Of a stretch of DNA of 64,000 bases, positions 8,936-18,183 are shown piece after piece (positions within the stretch are counted from its first letter, which is position 1; every line of letters starts with the position of its first letter). Where the stretch lies: positions 107,100-171,099 of the forward strand of contig CBFGKC010000002.1 in NCBI GenBank assembly GCA_965649265.1, given 5' to 3'. The DNA comes from a candidate division WOR-3 bacterium. Its GTDB lineage: Bacteria; Hydrothermota; Tepidihabitantia; B3-TA06. The notes beneath the pieces were generated by a model. That model ran no database searches. It saw only the letters and a list, made by a program, of their open reading frames with translations, and was not told the DNA's origin. The position numbers and the translations under genes were made by a program.

Positions 8936-9129
8936 CATCTCCCCCTCGACGGGGGAGAACAAAAGTGGGGGCGAGGTTTATCTTACCCCTCACCCTACCC
9001 TCTCCCGAAGGGCGAGGTAGCCTCCAGAGGAGGCATGGGCCCAACGCTCGCGTTCGGCAAACAATCTTCGATATCACCTTCTCCCTTTGGGACGAAGAGC
9101 CCTCGGGGTTGAAGGGATGGGGATGAGGG
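8936..9129. repeat. CCCTCACCC../CTCCC..GGGAG palindromic repeat cluster
   Basis: CTCCCCCTCGACGGGGGAG, CCCTCACCCTACCCTCTCCCGAAGGGCGAGG, CTTCTCCCTTTGGGA and GGGATGGGGATGAGGG. Confidence 0.6.
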
Positions 9130-9141
9130 AGATGTGGATTC

Positions 9142-9381
9142 CTATACGTCAAGATTCGTCTGCTTTTTTTTGTCAGAGACGATCTTTTCCGCCTTCTTGA
9201 ATGTGATATCGTCCGGCGCAACCTGGGGCAGTTCCAGCCGCTCGGTATGGTTGAGGAGCCCTTCGACCGTTAAGACCTGGACTTTAGGGTAATCCTTGTT
9301 CATTATCTGGGAGTGGAAAAAACTTGCTGACGCTGCTTCCGACTTAATCTCCGAGCGGTCGGTCGGCGGGTAGAGGAGATT
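9142..9381 (-). pseudogene. C-terminal fragment of a DNA methyltransferase-Mrr-type endonuclease fusion
   Basis: Open frame LYPPT..EIKSEAASASFFHS..KDYPKVQVLTVEGLL..ITFKKAEK..LDV*, recognisable as the C-terminus of N4/N6-MTase/Mrr_cat fusions. Confidence 0.8.
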
Positions 9382-9396
9382 CGTAGGGGGCGACCT

Positions 9397-9948
9397 TTAG
9401 GTCGGCCCGCCCCCCTCACGGGCAGGCCGACGTTGCATCTCCGATGTCGCTTTCGCGTCAGAACGATTCGAATATGAGTCTGTAAGGGATTCCCTGGGAC
9501 CGGAGAAGGGATATTCTTCGATGGTCCTAGATAGATTTCTGCGTACGGGGTTCGCCCAGATGTATCGTGCTACTTTTTCGATGTCTTCATCCTTCCTTAA
9601 GACATGGTCATAATAACCCCTCTGCCAAAGAGACCTTCTGTATACCTTTCTGAATCGATATGATGAGATTTGCTTGAAGGACTTCATAGTTTTGACTAAA
9701 TCACTCTTTTCCTCGCCTGCAAGGAGAAGATGAAGATGATCGGACATGAAGCAGTAAGCCAAAATGCGGAATTGCTCTCTTGAGCAAACCGGGAATAAGG
9801 ATTCTAAGACCATTTTAACCACTCGCCCATTTCTGAAAATCGGAGAGTCGTTATACGTACAGATAGTTATGGAATAAGCGTATTGACCTTTGTAGTAGAA
9901 GCAGCGAAGTCGAGAAGTTGGTTTTCGTTTAGGGAGTTCCTGTTCCAT
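9397..9948 (-). CDS. REP-associated tyrosine transposase (RAYT, IS200-like HUH/Y1)
   Basis: YSITICT, AYCFMSDHLH (HUH), LWQRGYYDH, YIWANP (catalytic Tyr) and YPFS. Confidence 0.93.
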   Translation of the reverse strand: MEQELPKRKPTSRLRCFYYKGQYAYSITICTYNDSPIFRNGRVVKMVLESLFPVCSREQFRILAYCFMSDHLHLLLAGEEKSDLVKTMKSFKQISSYRFRKVYRRSLWQRGYYDHVLRKDEDIEKVARYIWANPVRRNLSRTIEEYPFSGPRESLTDSYSNRSDAKATSEMQRRPAREGGGPT

Positions 9949-10043
9949 TCAAACATTTTCAGGCCGACCTGTCGCGCAGAGCGCAACCGAAGTTTGCGAA
10001 TGTCGGCCATGCATTTTCTTCGGGCCGACCTGAAGGTCGGCCC

Positions 10044-10601
10044 CTACGGGTTCTCCCACTTTAGAGCGTATTGTTTTACTTCGCCCGTCTCAGTGAGTTG
10101 GATATAGATGTTATGCAGATCAACATATACTGTGTCTATGGCTGTTCTGCACGTTAGGCGCAAGGAAGTATCTGGTTTTAGGTAAAATGGTGACTTTAAA
10201 AGCGTATCACCTGAAGGGTCTACCCACCCTTGATCCCATTGAGTTTTTTTCCCACTGTACAACATCAAAAAGACATCGCTTATTCCGACAGGTTTCTTGC
10301 CTTTATTCGTTATCGTGATAAGAGGGATTTTTTCAGATGAAATTAACTCGAATGTACCAACTAGTGACTTTATTCCTAGTGCTTTTCCTTCTTCAGTTAT
10401 TACGACCGAGGAAGTCTGAGGTGTGGATTTTTTTTCTTCTAATCGAACTATTAGTTTTACTTCCTCGTTTTTCTTTTCAGCATTGCATGTGTGAATATCT
10501 GCTACTAACCAAGCTATAATTGCACTAAGCAGGATGGGGATTATATAAGTCTTTACGTATATCCAGAAACTTTTGCTATGTTCCTTCCGAGATTTAGGCA
10601 T
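10044..10601 (-). CDS. AT-rich cargo gene: hypothetical protein with an N-terminal TM anchor
   Basis: 185-aa ORF exactly filling the space between two REPs; its TAG stop lies in the REP GTAG. Confidence 0.75.
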   Translation of the reverse strand: MPKSRKEHSKSFWIYVKTYIIPILLSAIIAWLVADIHTCNAEKKNEEVKLIVRLEEKKSTPQTSSVVITEEGKALGIKSLVGTFELISSEKIPLITITNKGKKPVGISDVFLMLYSGKKTQWDQGWVDPSGDTLLKSPFYLKPDTSLRLTCRTAIDTVYVDLHNIYIQLTETGEVKQYALKWENP

Positions 10602-10642
10602 TATTATGGGTCGATCAGGCCGACCTGAAGGTCGGCCCCTAC

Positions 10643-10753
10643 GGAGTTGAACGGCGGGTCGAGGTAGATGAGGTCAACGGATTCATCCGGAATCTTGTTT
10701 CACAAAACGTCAAGGTTGTCGCCGAAATAAAGCTGGTTGCGCCAGTCACCCAT
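10643..10753 (-). pseudogene. N-terminal fragment of a beta-class N4/N6 DNA methyltransferase
   Basis: MGDWRNQLYFGDNLDVL*NKIPDESVDLIYLDPPFNS contains the DPPF motif IV, has an internal TGA at 10700-10702 and is truncated at the REP. Promoter TTGACA-16-TATTAT at 10759-10786. Confidence 0.9.
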
Positions 10754-10935
10754 AGGTGATAATATCGAGTGATGTTAGGATGTCAACCCGTACCCGTAAC
10801 ACACCCGTAACTTCTTCCTTAACACACCCATCCCTCCTTTTGGGGAGGGCAAAAGACTCGAATCAGGGTAAACGCGGCTCAGGCTTGACATTTTCATATT
10901 CCGGTTCATACTTTAGTATCAAGAAAGGAGGTACC

Positions 10936-11919
10936 TTGAGGTTTTTGGTTCTATCCGCTCTCACCCTCGCGGCATTCTTCACCGCACAGGCGGGAGAGCT
11001 TAACATTGTGGAGATAAAACGGCCGCTGGACGTTGAAGAGGCAGGCCAGTACTTCAGCCCTAAATGTATCATTGAGAATGCCGGACAGAGCACCGAGATC
11101 GCGCTCGTCACGTGCCGGATCATTGACCGCCGGGACATGAGCCAGGTTTATTACGACGCGATGTCTTCGTACCCTCTCGATCCGGGTGCGACGACTATTG
11201 AGTTCGATGAGTTCGTGCCCGAAGGCGGGGGGAAGTACAACGCGAAGTTCACGGTCCAGTCCCAGTTTTCGGCCGACAGCAGGGAGAAGAACTTCTCCGC
11301 ATCGGGCTACGATATTACGCCCGTGGAACTGATATCACCTTCTGAATGGCCCATAAGCGTTTTCGATCCTGCGGCGCGATTCGAAGAAAGGGCTGGTGAG
11401 AAGATGGACTTCGCCTGGCTAAACTGCAAAATAGAGCTCATGAATGCTCTGGGTTCTCCTCTAAGCACCATATATGAAGACTCCATTAACCATACCTTTG
11501 AGCCCTATGAGGTATACACGGCGGTATTCCCTGAGGCCCAAATTCCATACCTATCGATAAAAATCACCTTCTGGGCACAAACCCAATCTCGCATGAACAT
11601 CAGTAATCCTCCGCTCGTAGTCTACTTCTCCGGGGTCGCGGAAGAGAGCGGCCCCGAATCGAATGCGGAACCGAGTCTGGTCACATCTCTAGACGGAAAC
11701 AAGGCAAGCATCCGCTTCACGCTGGCAAAGGAAGGGGAGGTCTCGCTGGATATCTACGACGTCAGCGGCAAGCGAGTGGCCGATGTTGTGGACGCGAGGC
11801 TCGGCGCAGGCGAGCATGAGGCGGCGTGGAATATCGAGGACGTTTCGAGAGGAGTCTACTTCGTAAGGCTTGCGACAGGGGAAACCGTTAAGGTCTCGAA
11901 GCTCGTTATCGGGTACTAA
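10936..11919 (+). CDS. Secreted protein with T9SS/FlgD-type C-terminal domain
   Basis: AAGGAGG then TTG 10936; signal peptide; C-terminus IYDVSGKRV..GVYFVRL..KLVI. Confidence 0.8.
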   Translation: MRFLVLSALTLAAFFTAQAGELNIVEIKRPLDVEEAGQYFSPKCIIENAGQSTEIALVTCRIIDRRDMSQVYYDAMSSYPLDPGATTIEFDEFVPEGGGKYNAKFTVQSQFSADSREKNFSASGYDITPVELISPSEWPISVFDPAARFEERAGEKMDFAWLNCKIELMNALGSPLSTIYEDSINHTFEPYEVYTAVFPEAQIPYLSIKITFWAQTQSRMNISNPPLVVYFSGVAEESGPESNAEPSLVTSLDGNKASIRFTLAKEGEVSLDIYDVSGKRVADVVDARLGAGEHEAAWNIEDVSRGVYFVRLATGETVKVSKLVIGY

Positions 11920-11941
11920 GAGAAAATTACCGACTCAAGGA

Positions 11942-11973
11942 AAGGGCTGCAGCGGCAGCCCTTCAATCTTTTT
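11942..11973 (+). terminator. Rho-independent terminator (probably bidirectional)
   Basis: AAGGGCTGC-agcg-GCAGCCCTT followed by a T-rich tract, between convergent genes. Confidence 0.7.
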
Positions 11974-12000
11974 CAGCCCGGACGATTCACGGGCGCAGCT

Positions 12001-13341
12001 TCACCCGACGTCTAATCTGGTCTTGATCCAGGGCAGAAGTCCCGAGCCCAGGTTCAACCGTTCGGTGGAGATCTCCTCGACGTTCTTTAAGAGTTCGAGC
12101 GCGTTGCCGCGAATGGCCCAGGTTCCGGGCTCGGTCGTGGCGACAATCTTGCCGTTCTCGATAACGTAGCTCACGTACGCGGTGTTGGCGAACGCACCCG
12201 TCACCCTGTCGGCGGTGTGGAGACCGAGGAGGTACTTGAGCAGAATTCCCTTCTTTACCGAGCGGATCATTTCAGGAAGTTTTGACGACCCCGGCTCCAT
12301 GACGAGCGAGCGCAGCGACGGGCGCACGGGAGCTTCGTTTGATTCCTCGGAAAGAACAGGCCTGCGCATTCCGGAGCCGGTGGACGAGGCGTTGTCGAGC
12401 ACGGCGGTCTCGGCGTCGTAGAGGAAGTTCGTGAAGACGCCCTTTTCGAACAGCGGTATGCGGCGTGAGGGGGTCCCCTCGTCGTCGGTGGGGGATGAGG
12501 AACCAAGCTCAGGGTGTGTGGCGTCGTCCGCGATGGTGACCGCAGGGGAGGCGAGCGTCTGACCCGCGCGGTACTTCGAGAGCGCCTGGAGCTTGCTTGT
12601 GGCGTAGATTTGCTCGGCGACAAGCGTGCCGAACAGCCCCTGCAGGCACATGGGGTGAAGGATCACGTCTACCGTCTGTCCCTTGACTCCGATGTCGGAA
12701 GGCTTCATTGATTTTCGAGGAAGCGATTTAGCCAGACGCGCTCCGAGGGACTCCACGTCTGCGACTTTGGGGAGTTTGATGGACGTTATGAAATCGAAAT
12801 CCCTGGAGTCCAGGTCGACGTTCACGTTGAATGCGGTCTGGTGGTTGTACGCAGGCTCGCTCGAGCGGGTGGTAAATATCCAGCTTGAGCCCGAGTACAC
12901 CGAGCCGCTGGCGTTAAGGCGCTCGAACCTTCCCTTGCCCTCGTCCCATGTACGCTTTACCATGTTTGAAAGGAGCCGCTCGAGCGCCCTGGGATTACCG
13001 ACCAGAGTAAGAAGCTCCGTATCTGCAGTGTTGCGCGTGAGGCCCGCGGGAATCACCACGAATCCCTTGAGAGCGGTGGGCACCAGATTGGAAAGCGCGG
13101 ACTCGATCACTCTTTCAATGGTTTGCGGGTCGAAGACGGTCGTCGAGGCGTAGGTCAGCTTGCCTTTCTTGATGAGCCTCAGGCCGAGCGAGGCGACCCC
13201 GACTTCGGAAGAAAGCGTCAGGTCGCGCTGCTCAATTTTGAATGATGTGGTGTCACTCACGTTAAGAATGATTTCGAAATCGTCTACCTTGAACTTCGAT
13301 GCGGCGGTCCGGATGTTTTTTATGATTTTATCGAACATCAC
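12001..13341 (-). CDS. pmbA: PmbA/TldE family metalloprotease subunit
   Basis: DDEGTP, LFEKGV..FLYD, STGSG and VTGAF; lacks HExxxH; coupled to tldD. Confidence 0.85.
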   Translation of the reverse strand: MMFDKIIKNIRTAASKFKVDDFEIILNVSDTTSFKIEQRDLTLSSEVGVASLGLRLIKKGKLTYASTTVFDPQTIERVIESALSNLVPTALKGFVVIPAGLTRNTADTELLTLVGNPRALERLLSNMVKRTWDEGKGRFERLNASGSVYSGSSWIFTTRSSEPAYNHQTAFNVNVDLDSRDFDFITSIKLPKVADVESLGARLAKSLPRKSMKPSDIGVKGQTVDVILHPMCLQGLFGTLVAEQIYATSKLQALSKYRAGQTLASPAVTIADDATHPELGSSSPTDDEGTPSRRIPLFEKGVFTNFLYDAETAVLDNASSTGSGMRRPVLSEESNEAPVRPSLRSLVMEPGSSKLPEMIRSVKKGILLKYLLGLHTADRVTGAFANTAYVSYVIENGKIVATTEPGTWAIRGNALELLKNVEEISTERLNLGSGLLPWIKTRLDVG

Positions 13342-14867
13342 GCACCTCCTTGAACCGCAAGCTGAATATATTCATTGATCTTTACACGAGTCCAGAGGGG
13401 GCCTCCGTCGCCTACAGGGCGGTGCTGGCCGTACTTGCCGCAGAAGCCAACGTCGTCGATTCGAATTTCGCCCGCGCAGGCGTCGATGTAACGAAGCGCG
13501 AACATGCTCTTTCCGGAGAAGTTCGCGGGGTTGACCGTTTTCGTGATCTTTCCTTTCTCGACGAGGTAACCCACCTGGATGGAGGAGGACATGCCGTCTT
13601 TCGAGACCGCGCCGCCGAGCGTGCCCTCGAGAATGATGCCGTAAGAGATGTCCTTGAGGAGTTCCTTGAGGTTCTTGCGAACGATTTCAGGATCCGCGGG
13701 AACCATGTACGTGTTGGACATGCGGCATATCTGCGCGTCGCCTAGCTGGGAAAACGCGCCGCCGTTAGGCTTCTTTTTGAAGTACGCCGCTGTCTCGCGG
13801 TTGTGGATGAAATCCTTGACCTTTCCCTTGATTGCAAGCATCTTGGGAAGCATTTCCACTCCTTCATCGTCTATCAGCTCGGTGCCGTAGCCCCTGTGCA
13901 TATCGGGCTTGCCGGTTTTAGGGTTGACGAGCGGGCCGTCGATGATGTGCACGGTGGGAGCCGCGACCACCCCCCGGGGGTTGCCCTTGGCGTCCGCGAC
14001 GCCCGACGTGCCGGCCTTGATGCCGTCTGCCTCGAAGTTGTGGCCGAGCGCCTCGTGAATGAACACCCCGAGCGTATTGAAGTCGAGGATAAAATGATCC
14101 ATCCTCGCGACATCCTCGGCTGAAAGCGTTACCGCATTGAGCAGATCCACGGCTTTTTGCATCCAGCTTTTTATTTCTGCCGATGCCCGGGCGTTGAGCT
14201 TGCAGCCGGTCTTGGTAATATCCAGGAGCGTCTCAAGTCCCTTGATGTCGGCTATCCTGACCCTTGTCTGGGTTGATTTGCCCTGCTTGTCGCGGAGCTT
14301 GGTATGAACCTGCAGGAACGTGCGCGGCATGCGCTGGTGCTTGCGTACACCTCTTGAATCGGCTATCAGCTTCTCCTCGTTCTGGGCGTAAAACCAGACC
14401 TCGGGGTTTATCCTGACGCCCGCGGGCGAGTGTTTTTTCTCAAAGGATGAGGCTATTGCGCGGACGCCCGAGAAAACGGCGCCGACGACCTTTTTGGGAT
14501 CGGATTTTGCGAGGTCGAATTTCGGTTTTATGGCGTAATCCTTGCGACCCGGATTAGGTATGGCGGCCAGCCTGGCCGGCACCCTGGGCTTGCGTGCAGT
14601 TCGCCACAGTCCCCTGGCGCGCTCGACGGCTGCAAGAAGAACGTCCTCTTCCAGTCCTCCGACCTTGAGAGAAACTTTCTTTCCGTCCTTGAGAAAGCGC
14701 ATCTGCACGCGGGCTTTAACGCTCAAGGGGGTGATGAACGTCTGCGAGCCTATGATCTTAGCCTCGGTTTTCTCAACCCGTTCGTAAAGGATATCGGAAT
14801 AATCGAAGAATTTTTTCGCCTGAGCGAAAGTTTTCTTGATCGCTTGCTCAACGGTTTTATGTTCCAT
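13338..14867 (-). CDS. tldD: TldD family metalloprotease
   Basis: FIHEALGHNFEAD, DDEGV, RMSNTY and GFCGKYGQ..PVGDGGP; leaderless start at 14867 (TTGACA-16-TATCAT-5nt-ATG). Confidence 0.9.
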   Translation of the reverse strand: MEHKTVEQAIKKTFAQAKKFFDYSDILYERVEKTEAKIIGSQTFITPLSVKARVQMRFLKDGKKVSLKVGGLEEDVLLAAVERARGLWRTARKPRVPARLAAIPNPGRKDYAIKPKFDLAKSDPKKVVGAVFSGVRAIASSFEKKHSPAGVRINPEVWFYAQNEEKLIADSRGVRKHQRMPRTFLQVHTKLRDKQGKSTQTRVRIADIKGLETLLDITKTGCKLNARASAEIKSWMQKAVDLLNAVTLSAEDVARMDHFILDFNTLGVFIHEALGHNFEADGIKAGTSGVADAKGNPRGVVAAPTVHIIDGPLVNPKTGKPDMHRGYGTELIDDEGVEMLPKMLAIKGKVKDFIHNRETAAYFKKKPNGGAFSQLGDAQICRMSNTYMVPADPEIVRKNLKELLKDISYGIILEGTLGGAVSKDGMSSSIQVGYLVEKGKITKTVNPANFSGKSMFALRYIDACAGEIRIDDVGFCGKYGQHRPVGDGGPLWTRVKINEYIQLAVQGGA

Positions 14868-14963
14868 GGAAAATGATAGGCTCCGTGATTGAATTGTCAA
14901 CAAAAAACAGAAACATGCAAGGGCGACATGCAAGTCGCCAAACTTTACACGTTCGACGCCGGG

Positions 14964-15515
14964 TCAGAAAGAGTACTTTAAGGCAATACCAAGGCCGGGC
15001 GAGATGAACCTTGTCGGCGTTGGCTCCGTGGTATAGTACAGATCGTAGTAATAGTAGATAGCCGGCATGGTGTAATACCCGAACTGAACCTCGGGGGCAA
15101 CGGATATACCGGTACCTTCAGCGAATTCAAGAAGGAGGAAATCGACGCCGAAAAGGGCGGCTGCAGAGACCCCCTGCTGTATAATGGTACTGTCGATGTA
15201 GGTTGTATCATTCCAGATCCCGTAGGTGTCCTTTAGCTGCCATCCGCCTGCGGCCGCACCCACGTAAAAACGAATCCTCCTGTCCATGTTGAAGTACTTG
15301 AGGAGCTTGAGTTCCGCGCCAAAATGATATGAGGAGTCGGACGTATTCATTGTTGCGCTGGCAACGATCTCTGCACCCAGACCGCTCTGTGTCAAAAGCC
15401 GGTAGGAGAACCCTTGTTCGACGAAGTCGGCGGAGAGTCCTATAGCCTGCGACGCGGCCAGGGATGAGAAAAGGCCGGCAAGGCCGACGAGCAATGCGAT
15501 CTTCAACCTGCGCAT
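14964..15515 (-). CDS. Outer-membrane beta-barrel-like protein
   Basis: Signal peptide, amphipathic beta strands, terminal aromatic residue (LKYSF). Confidence 0.7.
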   Translation of the reverse strand: MRRLKIALLVGLAGLFSSLAASQAIGLSADFVEQGFSYRLLTQSGLGAEIVASATMNTSDSSYHFGAELKLLKYFNMDRRIRFYVGAAAGGWQLKDTYGIWNDTTYIDSTIIQQGVSAAALFGVDFLLLEFAEGTGISVAPEVQFGYYTMPAIYYYYDLYYTTEPTPTRFISPGLGIALKYSF

Positions 15516-15523
15516 CTCTTCTC

Positions 15524-16156
15524 CTACCAGCCGAAAACCAGGCCCAAGCCGAAATCGGGAAGTATTACGCTCTGGCCGTCACGGGTATATTCTTGTATTC
15601 TCTGAACAGGATCTCCGTCGCCCGTGTCCTCGTACCACATATCGTAAGAATAGTCGTAGAAATCGAAGTACTCGAGACCCATATCGAAATCGAAACGCAA
15701 TCCGTCAAGAGGCTTGAGCCATTCGATCTCGCCGCTCAGGAGCCTGAACGGGGCCACCGAAAGACCCACAAACCCCCTGCCGCCGAAATTAAGATCGAAA
15801 TCACGGGAAACGTACGGATATACGGGGTCATAGCTCGAATCCGACCTCGCATTCCGGTAGTACCCCCCGCCTATTCCGACGTAGGGGGATATCCAGCGGT
15901 CGGCTGCAAACATGAGGCCTGTTCTCAGCCCGACGTTGAAGAATCCGTTATCGCCGAAGCTGCTGAAATAGTATGATCCGAATGCGTTCGGGGCAATAAA
16001 GAGTTCGGTGTTCTCCATTACCGGAAACGACAGGCGCAACTCGATGCCGCTAGTGAGCTGATCTAATCTTCCGCCGACGGCAAAACCCGCGGCTCCCGCA
16101 AAAGCGGGTATCATTGCGATACAAGTTATTAGTGTCAAAGCTATCTTTTTCTGCAC
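15524..16156 (-). CDS. Outer-membrane beta-barrel-like protein
   Basis: Signal peptide, SPYVGIGGGY strand, terminal LVFGW; GGAGG plus GTG start. Confidence 0.72.
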   Translation of the reverse strand: MQKKIALTLITCIAMIPAFAGAAGFAVGGRLDQLTSGIELRLSFPVMENTELFIAPNAFGSYYFSSFGDNGFFNVGLRTGLMFAADRWISPYVGIGGGYYRNARSDSSYDPVYPYVSRDFDLNFGGRGFVGLSVAPFRLLSGEIEWLKPLDGLRFDFDMGLEYFDFYDYSYDMWYEDTGDGDPVQRIQEYTRDGQSVILPDFGLGLVFGW

Positions 16157-16379
16157 TCCGCCTCCTAGGTGGTATTTTATGTGTTAAGGATAGAGAAGTT
16201 ACATAGTTTGTCAATAGCCGCGGCCGCTAGAGGGGGATATATTGATAGTTTTATAGCGGCTGTTACCGTTGTCACTAACTAATCTCGACTGAAACTGAAT
16301 TGAGGAACAGCAAGAGGATAGGACTTATCACCTGGAGTGAAGACGAACTGCATTGGTAGCCGGGGGTATAAGGAGTAGG

Positions 16380-16729
16380 GGTGTTACTGGGTGGTGGGGG
16401 TGTGTTACGGGTGTGTTACGTCCATTAGAAAGGCCGAAGGACTATTAGGATATGAAGGTGCCCTATGGGTATTTCCTTGTAAAACAAGCTGCTTATGGAA
16501 ACGCCCTATGAGATATAGCCATATCTCAAGGGTCAGACCCTACCCCGAATGGGGACGGGTGTGTTGCGGGTGTTACGGGTGTTACGGGTTGCACGATTTT
16601 AACGGCACTCAGAGAAACGGATAAATCTCAATGTGCGGGTCCAGTTCCAGCAGGGCGGGAGGGAGGTGGAGGGGTGTGTTACGGGGTGTTACGGGGGTCC
16701 CCGAAAGAACTCCCTGAGTTCTTTTGGGG
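16380..16729. repeat. Intergenic cluster of (GT)GTTACGGG tandem repeats and one GGGGTCCCC hairpin
   Basis: Runs at 16380-16420, 16555-16590 and 16672-16698; hairpin at 16694-16729. Confidence 0.75.
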
Positions 16730-16779
16730 TATTTAAGATAGGGTTCCCACAGAAATGTCATACATTTCTGCGGGATTGC

Positions 16780-17499
16780 TTAGAATCTGAATCCGGAGTG
16801 CAGCCCGAACTCGGGATAGAAGCCGAGGTCGTTGGAATTTTTCTGAAAAAGAAAGTTCCAGTCGAACCCCATGCCTGCGAGCCAGGAGAAGCCCTTGACC
16901 TTGACGATGGCGACGTCGAGACCGAGGTTGAGACGGATGCCCATGCGATGTTCGGTAAAGTAGCGGAAAGCGAAGGCCTTGTCGTTGTAGAGCCTTTCGA
17001 TATCTTCAAGGCTCAACTTGCTCAAGTAATCCTCGAGCATGTTCTGGGTGAGTACGGGGATGAACCAGTTGTCGGTCATCTGGAGACCCAGGGGAAAGAG
17101 CACCCTGTCCTCGGCAGCGGAAAGGGTTTTCTGGATTCCCCAGGCAAACTGAGTGTGGATGTATGGGATCTCCTGGGTCCCTGCCATGCTGTCGGGGAGC
17201 CCGGGGATGTAGAGATAATGAAGGCTGTCCACAAAACCCGAGGCAAGGTAGTTCTTGTAATGCAGGGCAAGGTCGAGTGCGATTCCGATCGAGCGCTCGT
17301 CCTCGAGCGAGATGCCCATCTTGAAGAAACCGGGAGGGGGGATTGCGGGACGATTTGCTACGACGTGTACATGGGTGTTAGGATTGACATAAACCTCGGT
17401 ATCGGCAGGAAAACCGTAAAGCCCGGCGCTCCAGCCGGCGTCGAGCCCGAAGTGCCAGGGCGAGGTAACGAGCGTTAAGGACAGCAGCAGAACATTCAT
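16780..17499 (-). CDS. Hypothetical outer-membrane beta-barrel-like protein
   Basis: Signal-like N-terminus and terminal SGFRF; own promoter TTGACA-16-TATAGT. Confidence 0.68.
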   Translation of the reverse strand: MNVLLLSLTLVTSPWHFGLDAGWSAGLYGFPADTEVYVNPNTHVHVVANRPAIPPPGFFKMGISLEDERSIGIALDLALHYKNYLASGFVDSLHYLYIPGLPDSMAGTQEIPYIHTQFAWGIQKTLSAAEDRVLFPLGLQMTDNWFIPVLTQNMLEDYLSKLSLEDIERLYNDKAFAFRYFTEHRMGIRLNLGLDVAIVKVKGFSWLAGMGFDWNFLFQKNSNDLGFYPEFGLHSGFRF

Positions 17500-17628
17500 C
17501 TTTCTCTCCCTTGATTATTCGAAAAGACTATACACCTCAGGTTCAGGTTGTCAAGAGAGGAGGACTGAGGAGGTGATCGAGTACACGAACATAGTGGAAC
17601 ATTTAGGTTGATGGGAATTAAGTATAAT

Positions 17629-17673
17629 GGGGGAGGAGGGGCTGAGGAGGGCTGAGGGGGGCTGAGGAGGGTC
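17629..17673. repeat. (TGAGGRGGGC)n tandem repeat abutting a stop codon
   Basis: About 4 copies; same unit as 231-277. Confidence 0.8.
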
Positions 17674-18109
17674 AGTGCAGCAGCGCTTTTACGCCGATGA
17701 TCCCCGCCGCGAGAGCGGCGGTGAGAGCCGCCGACCAGAGCAAAATACCTGCCGCCATCCAAACGAAGAGCCTCAAAGGTTTTGCGCCCAGCGCAATCCC
17801 TATGGCCGTGCCCAGCGGGAAACCGAGAAGGAGGGGGGAGAGAAGACCCAGACCCGGTGGTCCGTACCGCTCCAAAATTCTGCGGACTCTTGCCGCGCGC
17901 CTGCCCTCGGGCCTGGTTGCGCGGCGCGCCATAATCCTGCGCCTGACCCTGTCTCCTAAAAAAACTATAATGAGCACGGGCGTGGTTGCGCCTGCCGCGG
18001 ATAGAGCACCGACGAGAATGGGGTGGAGTTTGAGTACGAATCCCATGAGAACCGCAACCCAGAGATCAAGCGCCCCGAGCCCGAAAACGGTGAGAAGTTT
18101 AAGAAACAT
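17672..18109 (-). CDS. Small multidrug export-type membrane protein
   Basis: Hydrophobic helices with ERYGPPGLGLLSPLLLG. Confidence 0.75.
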   Translation of the reverse strand: MFLKLLTVFGLGALDLWVAVLMGFVLKLHPILVGALSAAGATTPVLIIVFLGDRVRRRIMARRATRPEGRRAARVRRILERYGPPGLGLLSPLLLGFPLGTAIGIALGAKPLRLFVWMAAGILLWSAALTAALAAGIIGVKALLH

Positions 18110-18183
18110 GTGGATTCAAAGATACTGAGAGAGGGAAGGAAGTCAACTCTGGGAAAAAGGCGAGGAGAATTTTACTTCCGTAT

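Larger units (their letters stand above)
9383..10642. mobile_element. REP-bounded RAYT element (REPtron) with one cargo gene
   Basis: GTAG-headed hairpins at 9383-9408 (+), 10022-10047 (-) and 10617-10642 (-); the outer pair is inverted and abuts the two MTase fragments. Confidence 0.85.

Noticed and set aside
8679-9221. Several 65-97-aa ORFs in the repeat region
   Set aside because: They are translations of palindromic repeats; the meaningful frames are the MTase tail fragments.
10700-10702. In-frame TGA in the MTase fragment as selenocysteine or recoding
   Set aside because: It is not a Cys-type position and is most simply CGA(Arg) to TGA. The gene is truncated 19 codons later anyway, and TGA is used as a normal stop throughout the window.
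14921-14940. Second sigma54 promoter (TGGC..TTGC) upstream of tldD
   Set aside because: The spacing is wrong; it is better explained as the GGCGAC/GTCGCC hairpin after the upstream gene.
16633-17478. 281-aa + strand ORF
   Set aside because: Antisense to a gene that has a promoter, SD and beta-barrel-like terminus; it starts within repeats.
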